Shown: positions 15,855-25,192 of the stretch, piece by piece
Layout of the letters: each line of letters begins with the position of its first letter
How positions within the stretch are numbered: position 1 is the first letter of the stretch
From: Staphylothermus hellenicus DSM 12710
Lineage (GTDB): Archaea; Thermoproteota; Thermoprotei_A; Sulfolobales; Desulfurococcaceae
Length of the DNA: 32,000 bases
Assembly (NCBI RefSeq): GCF_000092465.1
Contig: NC_014205.1
Span: 690,001 to 722,000, forward strand
Direction of reading: 5' to 3'
The notes under the pieces: model-generated
Told to the model about the DNA's origin: nothing
The model's database searches: none
Seen by the model: only the letters and a program-made list of their open reading frames with translations
Position numbers and translations under genes: made by a program

Positions 15855-17045
15855 TTGTGGAACCCCAAAATGATGCTTGAAGGAATCGCTGAGCTCCCAC
15901 TACATCAAGGACATGTTCCTGCATGGCTAGCTAATATTATGAAGAGACTAGCCAAAGCCATTCTAGAGATCATGGTTGAAGAATTTGGTCCCGACAAAGT
16001 TGTTGAGAGATTCTCTAATCCATTATGGTTTCAAGCTTTTAACAATGTTATTGGTATGGATTGGGATAGCAGTGGCTCCACAACTGTTACAACAGGGATA
16101 TTGAAAGAAGTTACATGGAGAAACCCGGAACTTGGATTCTTAGTGTTAGGAGGTAAGGGGAGAAGTGCTAGGAGGGTTCCAGAAGAAATACCATACACAA
16201 TTGAATTGTTAGGTTTAAACTCTGATACTGGTAAGAAATTAGAGAAAGTATCGAGGATAGTAGCTAAAGTGGATTCTGCAATGCTTCAAGACAATTATAC
16301 CCTTTATCACCACTCATTATTTGTTTCCGAGAATGGTGTATGGGCTATTGTACAGCAAGGTATGAATTTAAAACAGGGAATGGCTCGTAGGTATCACTGG
16401 TTTCAAGACACAAGCTTTTATGAGGATCCACATAAAGCTGTGGCAGGAGTAAAGCATGATCTAGTGTTGAACCTTGTATCGCGTGGGAGCGGGAAGGCTA
16501 GAAAAACAATTCTCGACCTAGCTAAGGAGAATCCCAATGAAATAATTAATGAATATAGTAGCTTATTCAATAAGTTAAGGGGTCAACGAGAAATACTATC
16601 ATATATAACACCCTCTAGAACGGGAAGGATAAAATTTGAACACGTCAACAAAATAGCTGTTTATGAGCCTCTCCCACTACCTAAGTATTTATTGGAAAAA
16701 CTAAGAAGAACATATGAGATGCAGCCTAAGAATTTAGATGATCTATTGGTGATTAGAGGAATAGGTTCAAAAACAATTAGGGCATTAGCTCTTATAAGCG
16801 ATTTAATATATAATGAGCCGCCGAGCACAAATGATCCAGTAGATACTCCTTATGACCCCTTCATATATGCTTACGCGATAGGAGGCAAAGATGGAGTACC
16901 TTATCCAGTAAATAAGAATGATGCAGAAAAAATCATTGAAACACTTGAAGACATAATATTCTCGGCTAAGATTGGCAGAAAAGAAAAATTGCTGGCAATA
17001 AAGAAACTATCAAAAATCAAGATAAGATTCAGAATAACCTACTAG
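15855..17045 (+). CDS. Conserved archaeal protein with C-terminal helix-hairpin-helix motif (possibly DUF763-like)
   Basis: HhH-like LLVIRGIGSKTIRALALISDLI near the C-terminus. The conserved-looking N-terminal block LPLHQGHVPAWL...MDWDSSGSTTVTTG reminds me of the DUF763 family, but this is unverified. The track start is TTG and the ATG at 15870 is more likely. Confidence 0.45.
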   Translation: MWNPKMMLEGIAELPLHQGHVPAWLANIMKRLAKAILEIMVEEFGPDKVVERFSNPLWFQAFNNVIGMDWDSSGSTTVTTGILKEVTWRNPELGFLVLGGKGRSARRVPEEIPYTIELLGLNSDTGKKLEKVSRIVAKVDSAMLQDNYTLYHHSLFVSENGVWAIVQQGMNLKQGMARRYHWFQDTSFYEDPHKAVAGVKHDLVLNLVSRGSGKARKTILDLAKENPNEIINEYSSLFNKLRGQREILSYITPSRTGRIKFEHVNKIAVYEPLPLPKYLLEKLRRTYEMQPKNLDDLLVIRGIGSKTIRALALISDLIYNEPPSTNDPVDTPYDPFIYAYAIGGKDGVPYPVNKNDAEKIIETLEDIIFSAKIGRKEKLLAIKKLSKIKIRFRITY

Positions 17046-17057
17046 TTCACCCTATAT

Positions 17058-17987
17058 TTAAAGACAAAGTAAAACATCACTAGTATTTATACCGTATTTC
17101 CTGAAGAGGAACAATATCCTCTTCAATGCAGCCTCTGAGCCGACGTTTTTCTCTAAGTATATGCCTCTAGCTATTCTTGTTGTTGAATGAAATCTCTTCC
17201 CTTTAGGATGTAGTGGTTTTTTATTGAGAATATATGTTCTTCCACGCGGCAGCTTGATCGGCAGATCTTTTTCAGTTATATATCCCTTCTTATGTAGCCA
17301 TTTAACCGTTTTCACTAGCCATTCATTCCAATGATTTAATATGAATACTGATCCGTCAGGCATTATTACGTATTTGGGTAAGCCATGTTTTTCTTTCACG
17401 TAATTCTTCAATGATACAGCGTTTTCACATTTACTCCTAGGAGTTTGATGCAGTTTTCTAATGTATTCTTGAATCCATATCCAAAGTGGGTGTTGTTTAA
17501 GAAATGTTAGTGGATTTACTAGTCCCAATATATTAGAATAAAATTCATACATGTTATGTTCATCTATTAAGAGATTAAATCTCCCCCTCATTATTGGTTG
17601 TTCAAAGACATTATCTGGAATAACTAGTAGAACCCATTCAAGACCATTGGTTAAAACAATGTTTCTAGGAGATCTGCTGAGAACAAGTAGATCTTTAACT
17701 TTACTATCTAAAACAAGAGGTTCCCCCATCTCATAGACTAAAACATATGCCACCGGGATCCCATTTATTCGTAGCACATAATCTATCTCAACGGTTTCTC
17801 TATAGTGTTTAATAATATGTTTCTTAACTAAACTACCATCCTCACTTCTCCAGCCAAGAACATTTAGAAAAGACTCAACTATTTCTTCTCTAATTATCTC
17901 CCTGGATATTTTCTTCTCATATCCTAGTAAATCAGAGAGATTCTGAATTATTTCTCTTAGTTTAGAAAACAATTCTTCTATACCCAT
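17058..17987 (-). CDS. Uncharacterised protein, N-terminal HSDR_N-like (PD-(D/E)xK nuclease fold-like) region; last gene of the mre11-rad50 operon
   Basis: The pattern E..IVESFLNVLGW......V.........VEIDYVLRINGIPVAYVLVYE resembles the N-terminal domain of type I restriction R subunits (LGW ... DYVL ... acidic residue at the strand end). It starts 42 nt downstream of the rad50 stop on the same strand. The assignment is by pattern only. Confidence 0.35.
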   Translation of the reverse strand: MGIEELFSKLREIIQNLSDLLGYEKKISREIIREEIVESFLNVLGWRSEDGSLVKKHIIKHYRETVEIDYVLRINGIPVAYVLVYEMGEPLVLDSKVKDLLVLSRSPRNIVLTNGLEWVLLVIPDNVFEQPIMRGRFNLLIDEHNMYEFYSNILGLVNPLTFLKQHPLWIWIQEYIRKLHQTPRSKCENAVSLKNYVKEKHGLPKYVIMPDGSVFILNHWNEWLVKTVKWLHKKGYITEKDLPIKLPRGRTYILNKKPLHPKGKRFHSTTRIARGIYLEKNVGSEAALKRILFLFRKYGINTSDVLLCL

Positions 17988-18029
17988 GGCATTATAATTA
18001 TGGAAAAGAAGTATTTAAAAGAAAAAAGA

Positions 18030-20528
18030 CTAAGCTAGAAAATCGAATATGTTTCTAGGCTTACTTGTTCTCTTGCCTCTAAATTTTGGCTCGAATCCCG
18101 CGCTTAGGCCTTTCTCCGTTCTCTCCTCTTCTCTTATAGTTGTTATTGATTCGTCTCTTTTGGATAATAGGTTTTCTATGAATGTATAGTATTCTTTAGT
18201 TAAGGCAGTACATTCCTCATAGCTAACTATTGTTTCGTTGTTTTCTCTGTTAATATCAAGTTTTATTTTGCAATCTCCAACTTCTAGTAGGTTGCGATCA
18301 TGTGTTACAACAATTATTTGTCTTTTACCACGATTACTTATCTCGTATAGAAGCTCTCGGAGCTTCTCAACTCTTTCAGGGCTAAATCCATAAGTTGGCT
18401 CATCAAGTATTAACGTGCTATTTCTTAATTGGGGAGTCATTTTTCTAGCTACAGTATTTAGTGCTAAACGATAAGCTAAGCTGACACTTGTTAATTGTCC
18501 ACCGCTTGGCTGTGTAATTTCACCTGTTACCCTCCCAGTTTTTATTCGGAAAACTGGTCTAAATTTTTCATCTAGATCGACATCTAGTATCTCATGATCT
18601 TCCATCAGCCTTAAGAAGTATTCTATAAATAATGCTCTGAACTTATCATAAGCTAAGCTCCTAACTCTTTCCTCAACCTTTTCCACCAAGTCATAGAAAT
18701 AGCCTCTCCTAGTTCTTTCACCATATAGGAATTTCTTCATCTTTTCTAGGAAAATTCTTTGCTCCCTAACGCTTTGATACTCTTTTAGAAAGTCTTCAAA
18801 TTGTTGAATTTGTTTTTTATAATATTCTATTTCAGCCTTCATCTTTTCTCTCTTACCGATTAGCTCTTTTTCTTTCTCCATCAATAATTTCTGGTTTTTA
18901 GTTTTTTCATCAATTACTTCCTTTAACCTATTAATTGATTCTTCTACTTGCATAAGCTGTTTCTCTAATAGATCTCTATCCCTAATACTTTGTCTCAACT
19001 TCTCTATTTCGTCGTGAAGCCTTTCTATTTCTGAGAGCTTAGATAGTTTATTGTTTAACTCCATTTTTTCATTGATAAGCTTGTCTTTTTCTTCATCAAC
19101 ACTTTTTAGTTGCTGTTCTAAATGTTCGATTTCCTCATTGATCTCTGATTTTTTCTCCTCATATCCTTTTAATTCTTCATGGTTCTTTCTAAGTAGTTGT
19201 TCAAGCTCCAATATCTCCTTCTCGATCATTTCTATTTCGTTGTTTAATGAATCAATTAATTTAATGCCGTGTTCATGCGGGATCTTTTGTTTACAGAGAG
19301 GACATATTCCTTTCCTCAACAGCTCTTCTTTTTCACGAAGTTCTTCTTGTTTTTTAGATAAATCATCTTTTTTATCCTTGATCTTTTCTTTTAGTCCACC
19401 TATTTTTTCCCTATACTTGTTTATTTCTTCGTTTATTGTATCTAGTCTACGACTATATTCTTCGATTTTCTTCTGGAGTTCTTGTTTTTGTTGATCAACC
19501 ATCTTTATTTGTTTGTCTATTTCTTCTAGTTCACTCTTAATTTTAGATAATAAAACATGTGGTGGTATAGATTCATTTATTCCTAGAAGGCTTGTTAGCT
19601 GTTTTATTTTATCTTCTTTTTCTCGTAGTATTTTTAAGTTATACTTTATAACAGCTAGTTTCTGCTGTATATTGTTGCGTTCTTCCTGTTTTTTCTCGTA
19701 TTGTTCCTGGTATTTCTTGATCTCATTTTCCAGCTCTTTTTTGGCTTCTTCTACTTGCTGGATTTCCATATTAATATTGTTTATCTCTTTTTCATCCTCG
19801 CTGATCTTTCTTTTTAGCTCTTCTATATCATTTTTACTGAGAATGTTTTCGATTCTTTGTTCCTGGCTCTTCATGTTTCTTATTTCACTGTTGAGGATCT
19901 GGCGTGTTAGCTTATCTAGGTTTGTCTTTATATGATTGTATTTATCAATGTTTAATGCTTTATTTATTAATAATGTTCTCTCCTTATCTCCTAAGTTAAT
20001 AATGTCGTTTACACTGAATTGTGGAACATATATGGTGTTTGTGAATATTAGTGGTTTCTGCTTTGATATTATTTCAGGTATACCTAGTTCGTTTAGAACT
20101 CTCTTCTTTAATTCCTCAGAGGAGTAATACCTGTTAAGAATGGGTTTGATCTTTAGCTCACCATTCTCTTCCGTGTACTTGAATACTAATAATCTACCGC
20201 CCGTATCACTTACTTTACCATCTGATCTTCTAGATAGCCCTCTTTCAACAAGTATTATCCTGTTCTTTTGCAGAATTAATAGTCTAACATATCCATTTCT
20301 TTTCCCTATTCTTAGGAGGTCTTCGCCTTTGGGATAAGCATATCTCTCCATAGGATCAGGGATCCTGGATCTAGGTTGTCCAAATAATGCATATGCTATA
20401 CTTGATAATATTGTTGATTTACCTGTTCCAACATCTCCATATATTACTGTAATACCTTTTCGAGGAAATACTATTGTCTTATCTGTGTAGCTGCGAATGT
20501 TTTTTAGTCTAAGCCCTAATATGATCAT
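18030..20528 (-). CDS. rad50: Rad50 SMC-like ATPase (DNA double-strand-break repair)
   Basis: Walker A GDVGTGKST, with long E/K-rich coiled coils. A central zinc hook, CPLC in KGICPLCKQKIPHEHG, is encoded near 19262-19310. Signature SGGQLTSVSLAYRLAL, Walker B LILDEPTYGFS, H-loop VVTHD. 4-nt overlap with herA. Confidence 0.85.
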   Translation of the reverse strand: MIILGLRLKNIRSYTDKTIVFPRKGITVIYGDVGTGKSTILSSIAYALFGQPRSRIPDPMERYAYPKGEDLLRIGKRNGYVRLLILQKNRIILVERGLSRRSDGKVSDTGGRLLVFKYTEENGELKIKPILNRYYSSEELKKRVLNELGIPEIISKQKPLIFTNTIYVPQFSVNDIINLGDKERTLLINKALNIDKYNHIKTNLDKLTRQILNSEIRNMKSQEQRIENILSKNDIEELKRKISEDEKEINNINMEIQQVEEAKKELENEIKKYQEQYEKKQEERNNIQQKLAVIKYNLKILREKEDKIKQLTSLLGINESIPPHVLLSKIKSELEEIDKQIKMVDQQKQELQKKIEEYSRRLDTINEEINKYREKIGGLKEKIKDKKDDLSKKQEELREKEELLRKGICPLCKQKIPHEHGIKLIDSLNNEIEMIEKEILELEQLLRKNHEELKGYEEKKSEINEEIEHLEQQLKSVDEEKDKLINEKMELNNKLSKLSEIERLHDEIEKLRQSIRDRDLLEKQLMQVEESINRLKEVIDEKTKNQKLLMEKEKELIGKREKMKAEIEYYKKQIQQFEDFLKEYQSVREQRIFLEKMKKFLYGERTRRGYFYDLVEKVEERVRSLAYDKFRALFIEYFLRLMEDHEILDVDLDEKFRPVFRIKTGRVTGEITQPSGGQLTSVSLAYRLALNTVARKMTPQLRNSTLILDEPTYGFSPERVEKLRELLYEISNRGKRQIIVVTHDRNLLEVGDCKIKLDINRENNETIVSYEECTALTKEYYTFIENLLSKRDESITTIREEERTEKGLSAGFEPKFRGKRTSKPRNIFDFLA

Positions 20529-22546
20529 ATATCTTCATCCTCTTCCTCTGTGTTTTTAAATATTTGTGTTAATGCTTTCTTTTCTAATTCCTTGTTGTTC
20601 TCGATTTTTTCTATGTATTCTTTATTGAGCTCTTCTGCGAGCTCGAAGTATCCGGGTATATATATTGGTATTGGCTCCTTAACTCTTAGGTCTGGAGTAT
20701 ACAGGTATCCTTCACGATCACCTAGGCTTGTAAATGTTTCTCCAGGTATTCCTATGTTTGAGAAATAATTAATATCTGATACAAACTTTGTCCTCAAGGC
20801 TATGATTGTATTAAAGTTTGCAAGTATTTGTCTCTCAATCTGTGTTGCTAGCTGCGTAATCGCTATTAGTCCTAACCCGAATTTTCTGCCTTCACGAGCT
20901 ATTCGTGCAAATACGTTGTAGGGACTTCTAACTTTATCAGGGCTCAGATAGAGCGGTGCTTCTTCTGATACAATAGCTATTGGCGGGAGCTCTCTAATCT
21001 TTTCAACTCCTAGACCCATACGGGACTCGAATAATCTGCGGATAATGCTTTGAACAATAACATCTCCTTGGCCTAGAGGTATTTTTGATACATCAAGTAT
21101 TATTGTTTCACCTTTGTTTATGTTCTCAACGATTTTATCTATTGAAAACTTCCCTGACTCAATAACTCCAACGTTTGGTTCAATCTTTATTCCTAGCCAT
21201 GGATACCTTCCCCTCTCTCTTACATTGTAGACTTCTGATACAGCATTAACCATGGCTTTCATGATAATTACTAAACTATATGGATCCTTGAGTAGAGGTG
21301 AAACCTTGAATGCAGATGAATAATCATCTATAACTGTTACTATTACTTGCCTAGATATTCCACCCACTCTAACAATTGCTTTTTTACATATAAGACCGAG
21401 CGTTGCCAGTATTAAGCGTCTATAAGTTCTTAGTTTACGAATGTCTATTCCAGCATTTAATAATACTCTATAGATACCTTTCTTTTGCTGCTCACCTATA
21501 CCTTCATATCTAAAAACGTTATCGACAAGTAGTGGGAGAAGTGCTAGTACTTGGCCTGTTGGTTCATCTCTTTCATTTAGAAATACTCTTTTCCATGCAT
21601 CATCTATTTCCGATGCTTTGATAAGGCTTCCAATTATGTCTACTGCTTCTTCTAAATCGCTAATCTTATCAGGAGGTAGATCTAGGACGTTCGCTAAATC
21701 ATATATACTTATACTTGAAATATTCATTGTTCCAGATAATAGGACAGCAGTATCATTTGATAATGATATTGTTTCATTCTCTCCCTCATTAATTGTGAAC
21801 TCGTAGATCTTCGCCTTTGCTTCTAGCTTTTTATTCATATATAGTGCTTTAGCTAGTAGGTCTGCGAATCCATTATTTTCTGCTTTACCATATTCTCCGT
21901 GTCTATCAATTATTAGCCAAGCAATATTCTTGCCGCTGTTCCTAGCCCACTGAATCATTATTCCCATTACACTTGTTGTTTTACCAGCACCTGTTTGACC
22001 AGCTACTAGGTAGTGTTTAGGTATAGATAATGATAGATCAAGGTTTAACGGTGCATTTATGAAATATTTTTCTTCTCTAAGCTCTTTAGCAGGGGCTATA
22101 CCGCTTCTCAACCATCCAACAGGAACATTTTCTCCACTACTACTTATGCCTTTGCTTAGTAGCCTCATTATTTTTTCAGACTCGGGATCCTTGGGGCGGA
22201 GAATATATACTGGCGTATTAAGTGGTGGTGGTTGATATGGTTTTATAACAATTGGTTTTTCATCATTTATGTTTCTTATCTCAAAGAATAAGTATGCATT
22301 AGCAATCATTGATGTCTCTAAGCTATATATTGGCGGTGCCTCCTCGAGATCTTTTACTAGGGAACTACTGCTGATCGGTATTTCGCCTTCAAAACCAACT
22401 ATTTGGAGCAGAACATATTTATTATCAAGCTTGGTATACAGTATATCCCCTATTCCTGGACGATAATTTTCACGTGTAAGAATAATTTTTACATGGTCTG
22501 TGTTCCAAGAATAAATTAGACCAACCGGTTCAGACACATATATCAC
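20525..22546 (-). CDS. herA: HerA-type hexameric DNA helicase/translocase ATPase
   Basis: N-terminal HAS-barrel-like region, Walker A AGQTGAGKTT, HerA-type Walker B region LIIDRHGEYG, then EEAPLY and REGRKFGLGLIAITQ blocks characteristic of the HerA/FtsK-like clade. 673 aa. 4-nt overlaps on both sides. Confidence 0.8.
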   Translation of the reverse strand: MIYVSEPVGLIYSWNTDHVKIILTRENYRPGIGDILYTKLDNKYVLLQIVGFEGEIPISSSSLVKDLEEAPPIYSLETSMIANAYLFFEIRNINDEKPIVIKPYQPPPLNTPVYILRPKDPESEKIMRLLSKGISSSGENVPVGWLRSGIAPAKELREEKYFINAPLNLDLSLSIPKHYLVAGQTGAGKTTSVMGIMIQWARNSGKNIAWLIIDRHGEYGKAENNGFADLLAKALYMNKKLEAKAKIYEFTINEGENETISLSNDTAVLLSGTMNISSISIYDLANVLDLPPDKISDLEEAVDIIGSLIKASEIDDAWKRVFLNERDEPTGQVLALLPLLVDNVFRYEGIGEQQKKGIYRVLLNAGIDIRKLRTYRRLILATLGLICKKAIVRVGGISRQVIVTVIDDYSSAFKVSPLLKDPYSLVIIMKAMVNAVSEVYNVRERGRYPWLGIKIEPNVGVIESGKFSIDKIVENINKGETIILDVSKIPLGQGDVIVQSIIRRLFESRMGLGVEKIRELPPIAIVSEEAPLYLSPDKVRSPYNVFARIAREGRKFGLGLIAITQLATQIERQILANFNTIIALRTKFVSDINYFSNIGIPGETFTSLGDREGYLYTPDLRVKEPIPIYIPGYFELAEELNKEYIEKIENNKELEKKALTQIFKNTEEEDEDI

Positions 22547-23880
22547 CTATAACCATATCTCATACGCGTGGTTGGAGAGAATACTTGTTCAAGAATACGT
22601 GAAGAAAGATCGCCCCGTGATCTAAGTATGCGGCGAAAAGCTTGTTCAAAGAATTTACGTCTATCTTCACGGAATCTAACATCATTGTCTATCTCCATAT
22701 ATCCAAATGGGGGTTCTCCTATAGCTCTTGTTCTATAATGCATCATGGTATTCACAATGTATGATATATAGGGATTAACATTTGAAGCCTTATCCTTGTT
22801 TACCACGACTTTTTCTTTTCCTAGATCAATTATTGGTTGATCAAGATAAATATCGAGGATAAACACGTTTTTATAATCCGGCGTGATGGGGAATCTTGAA
22901 ACGTATACTCCATAATTGCTATAAACTATTCTATTGAAAATATGTATAGTTTCTCTAACAAAATCCTTACTTCCACCTCTCCCCCAGTATTCCTCGAGGA
23001 TCTTTGCAGCTTCGCCTATTCCTTCTAAGTCGACTAGACTATATAATCCCCTACCATTAATTATATCGGGTTTTTTAGCGTGGAATAAGCTATGGCTACG
23101 AATAATGTTTGTAAATTTCGATGTTTTTGATAAACCAACTATTCTAAACAAGTATTTTTTGATCTCATCAACGCTTATGCCTAGGATTATAGATAATATA
23201 TCTAAGCCATCAACACCTCTTGGACTACGCGGTATACTAAACCATTTAATAAGTGTTCCATCTAATACAATATATCTTGGCACAATACTACCATTTTCTT
23301 CGAGCAATAATAATAATTTCAATGCATATGCAAGCTCTAATAAGCCCTCAATATACTTGGTGAGCCTTACGAAAGATTTAGGGCTTTCGAAAATGGTTGA
23401 TCCACTAATATCTAGTAATAACTTATTTATTTCTCTTGAAGCTTCCTCAGCATCCTCTCTTTTATTAAATAATAAAGAGTTGTCATAGAAGGATTTAATT
23501 TTAATTGTGAAAATATATTTGTTCTCTCTTCTCTTCCTACTAGAATATAACATGAGGAAATCATTTACAGGTTTATCTAGGAGATTTTTAATCTTGTGAA
23601 GCTTTCCATTTTCATCTCTAACTATTCCGCTTATCTGTATAGGTATAATTATTGATACATCTAGCTGGTATGGTTTAAATCCTGCATCAACAAAGCCTAC
23701 GGGTACTTTTTCAGAATCCCTCTTTATATTTTCAACAGCGTAGAATTTATGGAAGACTTCTCTGCGGAGACTAATCAATTGATCTTGTTGTGTCTCTATG
23801 AAGTCACGCCTAAGATCATCTACAATGCTTGATAATAGGTCATAAAATATGTTATAGATATCATTATTTCTTATTGACAC
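22543..23880 (-). CDS. nurA: NurA-like 5'-3' nuclease
   Basis: Candidate NurA acidic motifs VGFVDAGF and YIVLDGTLIKW, plus the GLSKTSKF block. The size (445 aa) is similar to Thermococcales NurA. It sits between mre11 and herA. It looks divergent, so confidence is moderate. Confidence 0.55.
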   Translation of the reverse strand: MSIRNNDIYNIFYDLLSSIVDDLRRDFIETQQDQLISLRREVFHKFYAVENIKRDSEKVPVGFVDAGFKPYQLDVSIIIPIQISGIVRDENGKLHKIKNLLDKPVNDFLMLYSSRKRRENKYIFTIKIKSFYDNSLLFNKREDAEEASREINKLLLDISGSTIFESPKSFVRLTKYIEGLLELAYALKLLLLLEENGSIVPRYIVLDGTLIKWFSIPRSPRGVDGLDILSIILGISVDEIKKYLFRIVGLSKTSKFTNIIRSHSLFHAKKPDIINGRGLYSLVDLEGIGEAAKILEEYWGRGGSKDFVRETIHIFNRIVYSNYGVYVSRFPITPDYKNVFILDIYLDQPIIDLGKEKVVVNKDKASNVNPYISYIVNTMMHYRTRAIGEPPFGYMEIDNDVRFREDRRKFFEQAFRRILRSRGDLSSRILEQVFSPTTRMRYGYR

Positions 23881-25135
23881 CGAGGATCTCCTCCATGATT
23901 GGTTTTAATTCTTTGAAGAGGGATTCATAGAATTCTGTTTCATTAGTATCAGGTGATTTTTGCCTGCCTAAGATATTTATTAGCTCAAGTATTTTCTGGG
24001 GAGAAACATTTATACCGAGCTTTTTCACAAACTCCTCCACAGCTTTCTTCTCAATCTCTTCTATATCCCCTATATCCTCAAAACCAATCTCTACTTCACC
24101 CTTCTCCTTAAACCCTCTCATCTTCAAATGTATTAATATCTTCTTTTGCTGCTCTATTTCTCGGATATTATGGATTAATTTGTTCTTATCATCTAAAGGT
24201 ATTCCTTCAATATCGAGTATTAACACATTATATTTATCTGGTTGTAAATCTTTAATGGTTCTTTTAACTTCTTGAACAGTGTCTTTTAGTCCTTTATAAT
24301 AGTCCTTAATGTATTCAACATTTACATTGAACGGTTCCCATATGCTTTTAACAGTTGTTTCCTCTCCACTAATATCTATTAATAGAAACCTTCTATCTCT
24401 ACCATATTTTTTGCGTAGAAAATATGTTTCCTCAAGATCACTGGTATCTCTACCAACAGGAGCTCCTGGATAAGCAATATTGGTTGTGGCTTCGTCAAAT
24501 AGTGGAATAGGGAAATGAATATGTCCTAGAGCCACATATTTCGTGTTTCTAGGTAGAGCAGATAAAATATTCTGGTCTTCAATAATTGCTTTACCATACC
24601 TATAACTATAAACGCTTGGATCGTATCCAGCGAATTTAACACTAGTATGAGCTAGGACAACTATATTCTCCAACCTACCTTCAGGCTGCTTAAATACTAC
24701 CTTCCTATCACGTAGATACATAGTTTCCATATTATTTTTAAGACCGGGGACAGCGTAGAAAACAATGTCTCCTAGCCTGTAAGGGTATAAAACTAGTTCT
24801 CCACTGATTTTATACATGGGAACATGTATTAAGCCTGCTTCATTAAGTAGAGTAAGTATATCTGCTCCTCTAGGCGAGGAATCATGGCTTCCAGGAACAC
24901 TTACAACATATATATTCTTCTCTTTCAACCTCCTCAAAACCCTATATACTCTGCGAAGAACATCAAAATTCTCTATTCTCGGTCTCTCAAAGAAATCTCC
25001 AGCAATAACTAAGTATGGTATCTCATTATTAATCGCGTAATCAGCGATTTTCTCGAAAGCCTCAACATTGGCGTTTCTCAAAGGTCTATTACTAAAAGCA
25101 CCAATATGAAGATCAGCTGTATGTATAAACAGCAA
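23864..25135 (-). CDS. mre11: Mre11 nuclease (calcineurin-like metallophosphoesterase)
   Basis: Phosphoesterase motifs in order: HTADLHIG (I), IAGDFFERP (II), PGSHDSS (III, a variant of GNHD), LAHTSV (IV), ALGHIHFP (V). The C-terminal helical region is the size of a Rad50-binding domain. TTG start at 25135, preceded by GGAGGGG. Confidence 0.85.
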   Translation of the reverse strand: MLFIHTADLHIGAFSNRPLRNANVEAFEKIADYAINNEIPYLVIAGDFFERPRIENFDVLRRVYRVLRRLKEKNIYVVSVPGSHDSSPRGADILTLLNEAGLIHVPMYKISGELVLYPYRLGDIVFYAVPGLKNNMETMYLRDRKVVFKQPEGRLENIVVLAHTSVKFAGYDPSVYSYRYGKAIIEDQNILSALPRNTKYVALGHIHFPIPLFDEATTNIAYPGAPVGRDTSDLEETYFLRKKYGRDRRFLLIDISGEETTVKSIWEPFNVNVEYIKDYYKGLKDTVQEVKRTIKDLQPDKYNVLILDIEGIPLDDKNKLIHNIREIEQQKKILIHLKMRGFKEKGEVEIGFEDIGDIEEIEKKAVEEFVKKLGINVSPQKILELINILGRQKSPDTNETEFYESLFKELKPIMEEILGVNKK

Positions 25136-25140
25136 CTAAA

Positions 25141-25192
25141 CCCCTCCTCAACACCCTTCTAAACCTATCCTGAATCAATATATACTTAAAAA
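25141..25192 (-). promoter_or_regulatory. Candidate ribosome-binding site and TATA-like box of the mre11 operon
   Basis: On the minus strand, GGAGGGG (plus 25141-25147) lies 5-11 nt upstream of the TTG start. TTTTTAAGTATATATT (plus 25177-25192) lies about 45-55 nt upstream. Read by eye only. Confidence 0.35.

Noticed and set aside
19051-20337. Several plus-strand ORFs (147, 140, 63 and 65 aa), rich in S/F/L, lying antisense to rad50
   Set aside because: They are the mirror image of the E/K-rich coiled-coil codons of rad50. They are low-complexity, carry no motifs, and overlap a strongly supported gene completely.
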